Assembly (NCBI GenBank): GCA_965198005.1
Contig: CBDAOI010000003.1
Location: 224,001 to 288,000 of the forward strand
DNA from: Spirochaetia bacterium
GTDB taxonomy: Bacteria; Spirochaetota; Spirochaetia; SZUA-6; Bin103
DNA length: 64,000 nt
Reading direction: 5' to 3'
The position numbers were made by a program, and so were the translations under genes. Below, piece by piece: positions 35,345 through 45,678 of this stretch. Position 1 is the first letter of the stretch. Every line of letters begins with the position of its first letter. The notes beneath the pieces are model-generated. The model was not told where the DNA came from and ran no database searches. It saw nothing but the letters and a program-made list of their open reading frames with translations.

Positions 35345-35448
35345 CCGCCGCTCCGTGTGCCCTGGCCGGCCCAACCGATCCAAGGTTTCTTGTCAATGCA
35401 CAACATTCCTTATGTACCGCCGGGCCGGCGCGGCTCGCGGAGCGGCCG

Positions 35449-36267
35449 TCAGTGCTGGCACCGGGCACAGTAGTATGTGCTGCGTTGGCCACTGCGCACC
35501 AGCCGGATCGGCGCGCCGCATTCGGCACAGGGCTGCCCACTGCGCCCATATACGGCAAGGTGACCCGTGAAGTAGCCGAGGCGCCCGTCCGCGCCGCGAA
35601 AGTCGCGCAGGGTGGTGCCGCCGGCCGCGATCGCGTCTTCCAGCACCGACCGCACCGCGGCCACGAGCGCCTCGTAGCGCGCCAGCGAGATGCGTCCGGC
35701 GGCGCGCAGCGGGTGGATGGCGGCCCGGTACAGCGCCTCGCTGGCGTAGATGTTGCCGACCCCGCAGACCACGCGGCTGTCCATCAGCACCGCCTTGACC
35801 GCCGCCGTGCGCCGCCGCGTGCGGCGGTGGAGGTACGCGCCGGTAAGCTCCGGTCCCAGCGGCTCGGGGCCCAGTCCGCGCAGGCGCGGGTGCGGCCGGT
35901 CGGCGCCGGGACTCCACAGGCAGGCGCCGAACCGGCGCGGATCGCGGAGCCGCAGTGCCTGGCCGTCGTCGAGCACCAGGTCGAGGTGGTCGTGCCGAGC
36001 CGGCGGCGTGCCCGCCGGCACCATCCGCAGACGGCCGGACATGCCCAGGTGGAGCAGCACCGTACCGGCCGGCGCCGTCTCGAGCAGCAAGTACTTGGCC
36101 CGCCGCCCGACGGCGCAGATCGTACGGCCCGGCAGCGCGCGCTCGAGTTCCGGCGGGACCGGCCAGCGGAGCTGGCGCTGCCGCACCACGACCGCGCGCA
36201 CGCGGCGGCCGACCAGCAGCGGGGCGAGGCCGCGGCGGGTGGTCTCCACCTCCGGCAATTCAGGCAT
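35449..36267 (-). CDS. mutM: Formamidopyrimidine-DNA glycosylase
   Basis: MPELPEVE, HLGMSG, DPRRFG, GVGNIYASE and a C-terminal zinc finger. Confidence 0.97.
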   Translation of the reverse strand: MPELPEVETTRRGLAPLLVGRRVRAVVVRQRQLRWPVPPELERALPGRTICAVGRRAKYLLLETAPAGTVLLHLGMSGRLRMVPAGTPPARHDHLDLVLDDGQALRLRDPRRFGACLWSPGADRPHPRLRGLGPEPLGPELTGAYLHRRTRRRTAAVKAVLMDSRVVCGVGNIYASEALYRAAIHPLRAAGRISLARYEALVAAVRSVLEDAIAAGGTTLRDFRGADGRLGYFTGHLAVYGRSGQPCAECGAPIRLVRSGQRSTYYCARCQH

Positions 36268-36315
36268 CGGCCCTGGTCCGGGGAGCCCACGGCGGCACCG
36301 TCGAGCGCAGCCGCG

Positions 36316-36705
36316 TCAGCCTACCGACAGCGGCCAGGAGGGCATCGCCAGCAGCATCAGCGTGCTCCCCGCCAGGGCGATGTTCTTCATGAAGTTGGCC
36401 ATCTCCTGCTGCCGCGTCTGATCATCGGCGCCGGCCTGCGGCCGGTGCACCATCAACGCAGCCAGCGCCAGGAACGAGGCGACCACGATCACGCCCACCC
36501 GCGGGAAGTAGCCGAGCCCGATCGACAGCGCGCCGGCAATCAGCGCCAGACCGGTCAGCGGCACCGACACTTCCGGCAGCAGCACGCGCCGGGAGCGCGC
36601 GTAGTCGATCATCGCGGGCATACGAATGAAGTGATTGAGCCCGAAGAAGAGGTACATCAACCCGGCCAGAACCCGACCGACCAGAAAGATCACTTCCACC
36701 TCCAC
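36316..36705 (-). CDS. DoxX-family membrane protein
   Basis: GRVLAG..FFGLNHF, FMKNIALAG. AGGAGG SD upstream. Confidence 0.85.
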   Translation of the reverse strand: MEVEVIFLVGRVLAGLMYLFFGLNHFIRMPAMIDYARSRRVLLPEVSVPLTGLALIAGALSIGLGYFPRVGVIVVASFLALAALMVHRPQAGADDQTRQQEMANFMKNIALAGSTLMLLAMPSWPLSVG

Positions 36706-36756
36706 CGGTTACCTCCTACGCGCGCCTACGACGGCGCACCCGGCTGCCGCCCACGG

Positions 36757-37257
36757 TCACGGCCGGAGGTCGTGCGCTTGCCGGCGGCCGCGATCGGGCA
36801 ACGGGCAACCGGCGGCGGCACCGAGCCGATGCCGCTGGCCGGCGACCAGCCGGTACAGCGCGTCGCGTACCGGACGCGGCACCAGCCGCAGGACGCCGGC
36901 CAGCGTCGCGTACCATCCGCCGATGGCGACGGCAACCGCGACCACTGCCTCCGACCGTACCGCGAGCCTGCCGTCCGCGCCGCGCCACACGAGCGACCCC
37001 GGCGCCTCGGCACGGCCGGCGCCGCCGCGCAACTCCGGCGGCAACAGGCGCTGCGCGATCTCGCCCTGGAGCGCGGCCAGCGCCACCCGGCCGTACCGGT
37101 CATGGTCCACCACCCATTGCGCGGCGCGCTGGCAGAGCAGACAATGACCGTCCACGAACAGGATCGGCTTGGCCGGGACGATCCGCGGCCCGCGTTTGCG
37201 CTCACCGTCATCCCAAGCGTAGACTGAAGCTGTGACGTCTCCTGATCCGTGCGCCAT
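36757..37257 (-). CDS. DCC1/DUF393 thiol-disulfide oxidoreductase family
   Basis: ILFVDGHCLLC, AALQG, VPRPVRDALYRLVA..R. Start uncertain. Confidence 0.8.
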   Translation of the reverse strand: MAHGSGDVTASVYAWDDGERKRGPRIVPAKPILFVDGHCLLCQRAAQWVVDHDRYGRVALAALQGEIAQRLLPPELRGGAGRAEAPGSLVWRGADGRLAVRSEAVVAVAVAIGGWYATLAGVLRLVPRPVRDALYRLVAGQRHRLGAAAGCPLPDRGRRQAHDLRP

Positions 37258-37299
37258 CGGCCCATTATTACCTACACCGGGCGTCGCCACAACGCCGGC

Positions 37300-38556
37300 A
37301 TGAAACCGGTCCGGCTGGCCTACGGCCGCACCGGGCTCACGCTCGCCGTGCCGGACGCGGCGCAGGTGGTGGAACCGCGCGCGGCACCCGCGGTGGCGGA
37401 CGAGACGCGCGCCCTGGAGGCGGCGCTGGCGGCGCCGGTCGACGCCCGGCCGTTGATGGAGCTGGCCGCCGGCAAGCGGCGCGTGGTCGTGACCCACACC
37501 GACGTCACCCGTGCCACCCCCAACGACCGCATCCTGCCGGTCGTGTTGCGCACCCTGGAACGGGCCGGGGTGGAGCGCCGATCGATCACCCTGCTCAACT
37601 CCCTGGGAACGCATCGACCCCAGACCGCGGCCGAGCTGCGGCGGATGCTCGGCCCGGAGCTGGTCGCCTACTACCGCTGCGCGCAGCACGACGCCTGGGA
37701 CGACGCGGGTCTGGTGGTAGCGGGCACCACCCGGCGCGGCAACGTCGTGCGCCTCAACCGCAGCGTGATGCAGGCGGACCTGGTAATCTTCACCGGGTTC
37801 ATCGAACCGCACTTCTTCGCCGGCTTCAGCGGCGGCCCCAAGGGGGCGCTGCCCGCCCTGGCCGGCCACGAAAGCGTGCTCACCAACCACGGCTACGCGA
37901 TGATCGGCGACCCGCGGGCGACCTGGGGGATTACCGCCGGCAACCCGATCTGGGAGGAAATGGCGGAAGTCGCCCGGTTCATCGAGCCGCTGTTCCTGGT
38001 CAACGTCGCGCTCAACACCGCCGGCGCGATAACCGGCGTGTTCGCCGGTGACGTGCTGACCGCCCACCGGCGCGGCTGCGAGTTCGTACGGGACAGCGCC
38101 ATGGTCGGCGTGGAGGAGCCGTTCGACGCGGTGGTGACCACCAACAGCGGGTACCCCCTGGACCAGAATCTGTACCAGACGGTTAAGGGCATGCAGGCCG
38201 CCCGCGGCGTGGTGCGCACCGGCGGCGCCATTCTGATGGCCGCGGCGTGCGAGGACGGCTTGCCGAGTCACGGCCGCTACGCCGAGCTGCTGGCGCAGGC
38301 GGGGTCGCCGGAGGCGGTGCTGGCCATGGTCGGCGCTCCGGGGTTCGCGGCACAGGATCAATGGCAGGTGCAGATTCAAGCCCGGATTCAACGCCACGCC
38401 GACGTCTACGTGTACAGCGACGGTCTCTCCGAGGCTGAAATCCGAAGCGCCTTGCTGACGCCTTGCGGCGACCTCGAGGCGCTGCTGGCCGAGCTGCAGC
38501 CACGGCGGCTGTGCGTGCTGCCGCAGGGACCGCTGACCATCGCCTACCTGAACTGA
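37300..38556 (+). CDS. larA: Nickel-pincer-dependent lactate racemase family protein
   Basis: DVTRATP, LGTHR, EPHFFAGFSGGPK, GYPLDQNLYQTVKG. Confidence 0.88.
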   Translation: MKPVRLAYGRTGLTLAVPDAAQVVEPRAAPAVADETRALEAALAAPVDARPLMELAAGKRRVVVTHTDVTRATPNDRILPVVLRTLERAGVERRSITLLNSLGTHRPQTAAELRRMLGPELVAYYRCAQHDAWDDAGLVVAGTTRRGNVVRLNRSVMQADLVIFTGFIEPHFFAGFSGGPKGALPALAGHESVLTNHGYAMIGDPRATWGITAGNPIWEEMAEVARFIEPLFLVNVALNTAGAITGVFAGDVLTAHRRGCEFVRDSAMVGVEEPFDAVVTTNSGYPLDQNLYQTVKGMQAARGVVRTGGAILMAAACEDGLPSHGRYAELLAQAGSPEAVLAMVGAPGFAAQDQWQVQIQARIQRHADVYVYSDGLSEAEIRSALLTPCGDLEALLAELQPRRLCVLPQGPLTIAYLN

Positions 38557-38591
38557 ACGCCGCCGCCCGCCCGGCTAGCCGGACTAGCCGG

Positions 38592-39515
38592 CTAGCCGTC
38601 CCAGGGCGGGGCCAGTCCGAGCCGTTGCAGCGTGAGTTCCGCCTCGGCCCGCTCCCGGTTGCGCCGGAGCTGTCCGTCGCGGCGGCGCAACCAGCCGGCG
38701 CGCTCGGCCACCGCCAGCGCCTCCCGCGTGCGTCCCCGGTTGAGGCAGGCGACCAGTTCCAGCTCGAGGCGCGTGAGCTGCAGCGCCTGCACGCGGTAGT
38801 CGTGGAATGCCTCCCACGTGACCGGCACCCAGCGGCGCACGATCTCCTCTCCGATCAGTGCCGCGTAGGCACGGATCTCGGCCTGGGCGTGGAGGTCGGC
38901 GCGCAGGCTCAGGAAGTGCAGCAGGTTGTGCAGGTCGATCTTCCAGTACGCCTCGGTGTAGGTCGACAGCGGCAGATCCTTGCGCGCCTGCTCGCGCGCC
39001 ACTCCCGCCTCGAGCCGCTCCTGATAAACCGCCCGCGCCTGCTGCTGGAGCTCTTGCTCGCGGCGCGAGAGGCGGGCGCCGGTGGCGGGGTCCAAGGTCC
39101 CAGCCGACCCTTGCCGGTTGGCGGTGGCCTGGCGGCGCCACTGGTGTTCCCCGGTCCGGCTGGCGGCGTCGATCGCCACCGAATAGCGGGTGGAGTACTC
39201 GTTCACGTTGGCGGTACGATGGCGGATCCACTGGCGCCAACAGTCCATCGGCACCCGCACGTGGAGCTTGATCTCGCACATCTCGAACGGGGTGGTGTGC
39301 CGGTGCCGCATCAGGTAGCGGATCAGCGCGCGGTCTTCGCTCACCCGTTTGGTGCCGGCACCGTAGGACACGCGCGCCGCCTGGACGATGGCGGCGTCGC
39401 CGCCCAGGTAATCCACCACCCGCACGTAACCGTCGTCGAGCACCGGCAACCGCCGGCCGATGAGCGCGTCCAGCTCCGGCACCGCCGGCCGCCCGCTCCC
39501 CGCGTCACCGTTCAC
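38592..39515 (-). CDS. thyX: FAD-dependent thymidylate synthase
   Basis: AARVSY, HTTPFE, RQWIRHR...NEYSTRY, HAQAEIR. Confidence 0.96.
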   Translation of the reverse strand: MNGDAGSGRPAVPELDALIGRRLPVLDDGYVRVVDYLGGDAAIVQAARVSYGAGTKRVSEDRALIRYLMRHRHTTPFEMCEIKLHVRVPMDCWRQWIRHRTANVNEYSTRYSVAIDAASRTGEHQWRRQATANRQGSAGTLDPATGARLSRREQELQQQARAVYQERLEAGVAREQARKDLPLSTYTEAYWKIDLHNLLHFLSLRADLHAQAEIRAYAALIGEEIVRRWVPVTWEAFHDYRVQALQLTRLELELVACLNRGRTREALAVAERAGWLRRRDGQLRRNRERAEAELTLQRLGLAPPWDG

Positions 39516-39530
39516 GCGAACAGTTTCCTC

Positions 39531-41453
39531 TCACACGAACAGTTCCTCGCCGCGCTGCAACCGGCGTGCGATTACCGCGGTCTGGTAGCCCGCACGCCGG
39601 GTCGGACAATGGGCGGCGAGGTTGCGCGCCACGCCCACCATGATCTGTTCCGCGCCGGCGTCGTTGCCGCGCGCGGCGAGCTGGGTGGTCGCCGCCTCCA
39701 GCACCTGCAGGGTGTGGAAGTCCAGGTCTTCGCGCAGCGTGGCGAAGGCCAGCGTGTCGACCAGCCGCGCGAAGTGCGCCGGCCAATCGGCGGCCGGTGA
39801 CCGCAGGTAGCCGCTGACCAGCTCGGCGGCGCGCTCGACCCCGGCCCGGTGGTCGAGCACGTGCAGCAGTTCCTTGAGCAGAGCGCCGCCGCGCGGCTCC
39901 CCGGCTGCCGCAGCGCGCCCGGCGGGGTCGCGTTCCGCAGCGTCGGGTTCGGCGGCGTCGCGTTCGGCGGGGAGCCGGGCCGGGGGCACGTTGAGGTAGC
40001 GGTCCACGTAGACCGCGACCGCGGCCTGGAACAGCGCCCGCACCACGTCCGGCCCGGTGGTTCGTTGCAGCGCCTGCTGCACGGCGTTGCAGAAGATGAA
40101 GGTGTGCTGCGGATTGAACCAGTCGCCGACCTCGTTGGAAGTGGCGAACCGCGCCAGCCGCAGGCCGGCGGCGCGGGTGATGGCGGTGCCGACCGCCGCG
40201 GGCTCCGTCCCCGCGCCGAGCGCCGCCTCCACCGCCGCGATCACCTGCAGCGGATCGCCGCCGAGCACCTCGCGCACGAGCTGCTCCTCGTCCGCCGCGA
40301 CCGGGGCGGTGCCGCTGCCGGTGCTGCCGGTGCTCCCGCTGCCCGTGCCGGTGCCGGTGCCGCTACCGGTGCCGCTGCCGCTACCGGTGCCGCTACCGGT
40401 GGCGCCGGCCAGCGCGGCCGGCAGCCGCTCCTCGGCGGCGCGCACCGCGGCGGCAATCTCCACCGGGTGGTGCCACGGCGTTCCTTCCTCCTCGCCGCGC
40501 GCCGCGGCCAGGGTCGGCGCCAGCAGCGCCAGCAGGTCGGACCGGCTGCCGGCGGTGGCGCCGTTGCCGTTGCCGCCGCCGGCGCGCAGCAGGTCGGACA
40601 GTTCCAGTGCCTTGTTGCAGGCGTCGAACAGGTGGCCGGTGTTGGCGTACAGGCGGTCGGCGGCGGCGCCGTACACCAGGTCGGCCAGAGCGGCGGGCGG
40701 CAACCGCTCGGCCGCGGTGAGCAGGGTGCGCTCCACGGCATCGCGGTGGCGGGTGCGCACCCACTGCCGCAGCCAGCGCCCCAGGGCGGCGGCCGACGCC
40801 GGGGCCGCCAGCGGATCGCGCGGGCGCCGCGGCGGGCCGGCGTTGGCCTCGGCCGCGAGCTGGCGGACCGCATAGCTCATGCCCAGGTAGAGCGTATCGC
40901 GGCTCAGCCGGGGCGCCAGGCGGGCGACGCAGGTCAGACGCACCAGCCCCTCGCCGAAGCTGGTGACGTTGGCCGTGGCATACGCGGCCACGTCCGCCAG
41001 GATCGGCGCCAGCCCGGCCCCGGCGCCGAGCAGGCTGATCAGGCTCTTGGCCTGCACCAGCCCCACGCCCAGCTCCAGGCCGCGCCGCAGGCGCCGCCGG
41101 TGGTAGGCGGCGTCACGCGGGTGGCGCGGCCGGGTGGCCACCCACACGTCGTCGCCACGCAGCTCGGTGGCGTAGGCAACGGCGTCGTCGGCCCACAGGT
41201 CGAAGGTGCAGCCGCTGGCCAGTTCGAACCGCGCCTCGTGCCAGTGGCAGGTCAGGATGCCGTCCTTCACCGAGCCGCGGTCGAGCGGGAACCCCAGGTG
41301 CGGGCAGCGGTTGTCCACCGCGTGGAGCTCCCCGTCGGCGGCGAACACCGCCACCGCGCGCTGCCCGGCCCGGGTCACCACCACGCCGCGCTGGCGCACC
41401 TCGGCCAGCGAGGCCACCCGCACCATGCCGTCGCCGCTTGCCAACTCCCGCAT
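39531..41453 (-). CDS. Rieske (2Fe-2S) domain protein with large helical C-terminal region
   Basis: CPHLG and CHWH motifs, with a GS/GT low-complexity insert. Confidence 0.85.
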   Translation of the reverse strand: MRELASGDGMVRVASLAEVRQRGVVVTRAGQRAVAVFAADGELHAVDNRCPHLGFPLDRGSVKDGILTCHWHEARFELASGCTFDLWADDAVAYATELRGDDVWVATRPRHPRDAAYHRRRLRRGLELGVGLVQAKSLISLLGAGAGLAPILADVAAYATANVTSFGEGLVRLTCVARLAPRLSRDTLYLGMSYAVRQLAAEANAGPPRRPRDPLAAPASAAALGRWLRQWVRTRHRDAVERTLLTAAERLPPAALADLVYGAAADRLYANTGHLFDACNKALELSDLLRAGGGNGNGATAGSRSDLLALLAPTLAAARGEEEGTPWHHPVEIAAAVRAAEERLPAALAGATGSGTGSGSGTGSGTGTGTGSGSTGSTGSGTAPVAADEEQLVREVLGGDPLQVIAAVEAALGAGTEPAAVGTAITRAAGLRLARFATSNEVGDWFNPQHTFIFCNAVQQALQRTTGPDVVRALFQAAVAVYVDRYLNVPPARLPAERDAAEPDAAERDPAGRAAAAGEPRGGALLKELLHVLDHRAGVERAAELVSGYLRSPAADWPAHFARLVDTLAFATLREDLDFHTLQVLEAATTQLAARGNDAGAEQIMVGVARNLAAHCPTRRAGYQTAVIARRLQRGEELFV

Positions 41454-41482
41454 CCTGACCTCCCGCTCCCAGTCTCCCGCGG

Positions 41483-42646
41483 TCAATGGTGAAACAGCCG
41501 CAGCCCGGTCATCACCATTACCATTCCCTGCTCGTCGCAGGCGCGCACCACGTCATCGTCGCGCAGCGAGCCGCCGGGCTGGACCACGTAGCGCACCCCG
41601 ATGCGGCGCGCCACGTCGATGCTGTCACGATGGGGGAAGAACCCGTCCGACGCCAGCACCACGTCCTTGAGCCCCGCCAGCCACGCGCGCCGCGCCGCCG
41701 CTGACAACGGCGCCGGCATCTGCTCCACCTGCGCCCGCAACCAGGAGTCGTCGGTAGCTTCGACGCCGCCCACGAACTGCATGTTCCAGGTATCGCGGTC
41801 GTGGCGCCGCACGCCGGGGCGGAACCGGACCGCGCGCAGCGCCGGGTGGAAACGCAGGGACCAGGCCGCCGCCTTCTGCACCGCGAGCTGGGTGCAGTGA
41901 ATGCGCGACTGCTGGCCGGCGCCGATCCCGATGGTCTGGCCGCGGTACACGGCGCACACCGAGTTGGACTGCGTGTACTTGAGCGTAATCAGGGCGAGCA
42001 GAATGTCCCGTGCCGCCGCCGCCGGCAGGGCGCGCGCCGCGGTGGGCACCGTGCCCAGCAGCTCCGGCCCGATCGTGGCGCGGTTGCGGGGCTGCTCCAG
42101 CGTCAGGCCGAACACCTCGCGCCGCTCCCGCTCCGGGGGCTCGAACGCCGGGTCGATCGCCACCACCCGATAGGCGCCGCCCTGCTTGGCCCGCAGCAGC
42201 TCCAGCGCGGCGGCCGCATAGCCGGGCGCGATGATGCCGTCGGAGGTCTCGCGGCGCAGCAGCCGCGCCGTGGGCAGGTCCACCTCGTCGCTCACCGCCA
42301 CCCAATCGCCGTACGAACTCATCCGGTCGGCCCCGCGCGCCCGCGCGTAGGCCGCGGCGAGGGGGGACAGGTCCCCGGCGCCGGCGGCGAACACCGTCCG
42401 TTCGGTGGTGCTGAGCGGCAGCCCCAGGGCGGCGCCGGCCGGGCTGACGTGCTTGAACGAGGTGGCGGCGGGCAGCCCGGTGGCGGCCCGCGCCTCGCGC
42501 ACGAGCTGCCACGCGTTGAGCGCGTCGAGCAGGTTGACGTAGCCGGGGGCGCCGTTGAGCACCGTGATCGGCAGCGCACCGGACGCGGTCAGCCGGGCCC
42601 CCTGCTGGTGCGGATTGGCGCCGTATCGGAGCGCTAGCTCGCCCAC
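41483..42646 (-). CDS. purH: AICAR transformylase (PurH transformylase domain only)
   Basis: LRYGANPHQ, SFKHVSPAG, KYTQSN, GAGQQSR, ASDGFFP, QPGGS. Confidence 0.9.
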   Translation of the reverse strand: MGELALRYGANPHQQGARLTASGALPITVLNGAPGYVNLLDALNAWQLVREARAATGLPAATSFKHVSPAGAALGLPLSTTERTVFAAGAGDLSPLAAAYARARGADRMSSYGDWVAVSDEVDLPTARLLRRETSDGIIAPGYAAAALELLRAKQGGAYRVVAIDPAFEPPERERREVFGLTLEQPRNRATIGPELLGTVPTAARALPAAAARDILLALITLKYTQSNSVCAVYRGQTIGIGAGQQSRIHCTQLAVQKAAAWSLRFHPALRAVRFRPGVRRHDRDTWNMQFVGGVEATDDSWLRAQVEQMPAPLSAAARRAWLAGLKDVVLASDGFFPHRDSIDVARRIGVRYVVQPGGSLRDDDVVRACDEQGMVMVMTGLRLFHH

Positions 42647-43824
42647 GCCGCGCCTCCGTCACGGCCACCGTCCGGGCCGGCCCACAAGCCGGCGCCCCCG
42701 CCGGCCTCCGCCTCGACGCGCTGCAGTTCCGCCACTTGGTGGCGAAACGCCGCCGACTGCATCAGCGGCACGGCGCGCAGCTCGCGCAGCGAACGGGCGC
42801 CGCACAGGGTCATGGCCGCCCGCAACTCATGCTCGACCCGGCCGATCAGGGCCAGGGCGCCGTCGGTGCCGCCGGCCATGGCCGCGCGAATGAACGGCAG
42901 CGCCATCCCGCCAAGCGCGGCCCCCAGCGCCACCGCCTTGGCCAGGTGGACGCCGTGGCGCAGGCCGCCCGAGGCGATCAGGTTGGCGGACAGGTCGCCG
43001 AGCAGGGCCAGCAGCACGCCGGTCGGCAGACCCCAACCGGAGAACGCCCCGGCGCTCGCCGCCTCGCGCTCAGGGAGCCGCTGCCCCTCCACCATCACCC
43101 AGTTGGTGCCGCCGGCACCGGCCAGGTCCACGTACCGGACGCCGCAGCCCAGCAGCCGCCGCACCAGCCGCGGCCGGATACCGAACCCCGTCTCCTTGAC
43201 GATCACCGGCAGCCCGCACTCCGCCACCGCGCGCTCGATGGCGCTCAGCAGTCCGCGGAAATCGCGGTCGCCGGCGGGCTGAAACAGCTCCTGGCCGGCA
43301 TTCAGATGGACCACCAGAGCCTGCGCTTCCAGCCGTTCCAGCAAGCGCCGCAGTCGGCCCGAGTCGAGGTCGCGGAGCTGCACGGCACCGAGATTGGCCA
43401 GCACCGGCACGTCCGGCGCCAGCGGCTTCACGTGGAAGTCGGGGAAGGTCGCGTCGTCCTCCAGCAACGGCCGGATCGACCCCACCCCGAGCGCGATCCC
43501 GGCCCGCTGCGCCGCCGCCGCCAGCGCGTGGTTGGCGTTGCGGCCGCGTCCCGAGCCGCCGGTCATGCAGGAGATCAGCAGCGGCAGGCGCAGGGTTGCA
43601 CGCAGAAACGGCTGGCTGGTATCGACGCCGCGGCTGTCCAGCTCCGGCAGGGCCTGATGCACCAACTGCACCTGGTCCAGGCTGGTCCCCGCACCGGCCG
43701 GATCGGCGTAGCGCTGCTCGTCGAGCACGATCTCGAGATGGTGCTCCTTGCGTTGGACGATCGCGGCTTGGGCGGCGCTGGGGCTCGGCGGGGCGATTGG
43801 AGAGTCAGGGTCCGACGGGCTCAT
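42634..43824 (-). CDS. fni: Type 2 isopentenyl-diphosphate delta-isomerase
   Basis: RKEHH, MTGG, NLGAVQ, HLN..QE, VKETGFG, GAGGT, ASGG. Confidence 0.93.
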   Translation of the reverse strand: MSPSDPDSPIAPPSPSAAQAAIVQRKEHHLEIVLDEQRYADPAGAGTSLDQVQLVHQALPELDSRGVDTSQPFLRATLRLPLLISCMTGGSGRGRNANHALAAAAQRAGIALGVGSIRPLLEDDATFPDFHVKPLAPDVPVLANLGAVQLRDLDSGRLRRLLERLEAQALVVHLNAGQELFQPAGDRDFRGLLSAIERAVAECGLPVIVKETGFGIRPRLVRRLLGCGVRYVDLAGAGGTNWVMVEGQRLPEREAASAGAFSGWGLPTGVLLALLGDLSANLIASGGLRHGVHLAKAVALGAALGGMALPFIRAAMAGGTDGALALIGRVEHELRAAMTLCGARSLRELRAVPLMQSAAFRHQVAELQRVEAEAGGGAGLWAGPDGGRDGGAAWAS

Positions 43825-43964
43825 CGGGCGCGTACCGCTACCGTACCGCCAGCGTGTCCGCTCTGTCCAGAAGCCGCACCGGCGGCACCGGCGGCCCGTA
43901 CCAGCGGCCCGGAAGCAGGGGTGGGATGGCGCGTTCCGCTCACTGCGGCTGACCTGCGCTCGGT

Positions 43965-45236
43965 CTATCCGGTTTGTCCCGCGCGCTCGTGCACGGCTGC
44001 AAGCCACCGCCAGACCGGCTGGAGCCGGATCCGGCCCCGTTTGCCGTACCACTCGACGGTCTCCTCGGTGTCCGTGTCGGCGGTCAGGACCAGCAACCGG
44101 TCGCACGCCAGCTCGCTACCGGCCTGGAGCAGGGCGCGCAACTCGCGCTGTCTCGTGCGCACGGCGGTCATGTCCCAGCAAACCTGGATGAGCTGGGTCA
44201 CGCGACGATCTTCCTGCACGACAAAGTCCACTTCCCGTTGCTGGACGTCCCTCCAGAAGAACAGGTTGCACTCGCCGTCCAGCGCGCGTTTGTGGAGCGC
44301 GACTGCGACCAGATTCTCCACCAGTCTGCCCGTGTCGCGGCTGAACTGCACGGCGCGGGCGGTGATCAGCCCATTGTCGATGCAGTAGATCTTGCGGTTG
44401 GCCACGACCTGCTCGCGCACCTTGAATGAGAAACGTGGGACCGAGAAGAACAGGAATGCCTCCTCCAGGTACCCGATGTACTTGGCCACGGTATGCACGC
44501 TCTTGCTGCCGGTCACCGTGGCAAGCCGGTTCAGCGAGTACTCGCGGGCGACGTTGGCCAGCAGGTACCGCGCCAGATCGTCGATCCCCGCCGCCGACCG
44601 GACGCGACGGCGACGCACGATGTCCTTGTAGAGGATCGAGTCCCACAGCGTGCGGAGATAGAAGCCGCGATCCAGGTCGCGCAGCAACGGCTCCGGGTAA
44701 CCGCCATCGCTGACGTACCGGCGGAACAACTCGGCCAGCTCCGGATCGGTGTGCCGCCCGGAGACCGCTTGCAGCGATTCCGCGAACGAAAACGGGAACA
44801 GGACGATGGGAAGGTGGCGTCCCGTGAGATGCGTGGCCAGCTCCCCGCTCAACAAGTGCGCGTTGCTGCCGGTCAAGATCAGGCGCAATCCCTGACGCTG
44901 GAGCCGATTCACGAACAGCTCCCACCTCGGCAGATTCTGAATCTCGTCGAGCAGCAGATGGCGCGGGCTACCGTACACGGCGTTCACGGCGGCGATCAGC
45001 CGGTCGTAGTCGGCCACGTCCACCAGCCGTTCATCATCGAAGTTGAGGTACCCGTGGGCGGTCCCCTGCGCCAGCAGGTGCATCGCCAGAAACGACTTGC
45101 CGCACCGGCGGGGGCCGATTACGACCTTGATCAGACCGTCGTCACGCACCGGCACCGAGACTTGTCGCCGCACATACCGCTCAGCCAATCGCGACTCCAA
45201 CTCCCGTCGCTGCAGCTCGACTACATCGTGGAGCAT
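43965..45236 (-). CDS. AAA+ ATPase with DUF4143-type C-terminus
   Basis: GPRRCGKS, LLDEIQ, LTGS, GGYPE, KIYCIDNG, EVDFV. Confidence 0.88.
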   Translation of the reverse strand: MLHDVVELQRRELESRLAERYVRRQVSVPVRDDGLIKVVIGPRRCGKSFLAMHLLAQGTAHGYLNFDDERLVDVADYDRLIAAVNAVYGSPRHLLLDEIQNLPRWELFVNRLQRQGLRLILTGSNAHLLSGELATHLTGRHLPIVLFPFSFAESLQAVSGRHTDPELAELFRRYVSDGGYPEPLLRDLDRGFYLRTLWDSILYKDIVRRRRVRSAAGIDDLARYLLANVAREYSLNRLATVTGSKSVHTVAKYIGYLEEAFLFFSVPRFSFKVREQVVANRKIYCIDNGLITARAVQFSRDTGRLVENLVAVALHKRALDGECNLFFWRDVQQREVDFVVQEDRRVTQLIQVCWDMTAVRTRQRELRALLQAGSELACDRLLVLTADTDTEETVEWYGKRGRIRLQPVWRWLAAVHERAGQTG

Positions 45237-45357
45237 GGCCCAGTCCGGGACGATCTATGCTCTAGTGCCATCCTGTTACACAAAACTTGGAACTATTGTG
45301 TAACAGAAGTCAAATACAACGCAACACCGAAGCCGCGCCGGCGATCCCCACGCCAAC

Positions 45358-45590
45358 TCAGGCGGCGACGCCGTAACTGCCGGTGCCGCCCTTGAGGCGG
45401 GGGTCGAGCAGGTCGCGGACCGCGTCGCCGGGAAAACATGTTGAGGCTGTAGACCACGATGGTCAGGCACACGCCGGGCCAGATCGCCAAGATCGCCAGC
45501 CGCGTGGCGCCATCTCCATGTACACGCGGCCTTCGCGGCTGAGCATGCCGCCCCAGCTCGGGATGTGGACCGGCAGGCCGAATCCCAGGC
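45358..45590 (-). pseudogene. 3' remnant of a further DppC-like permease
   Basis: LGFGLPVHIPSWGGMLSREGR..MEMAPR...SLNMF...RDLLDPRLKGG, with frameshifts. Confidence 0.85.
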
Positions 45591-45678
45591 AGCACCGGCA
45601 GTGGCTGCGGCTCCTACTGGTGGGCGGCTTTGTTCGCGGACGATAGGATCGTCCCGTGCGTGTGCTAAGATCGCGCTC

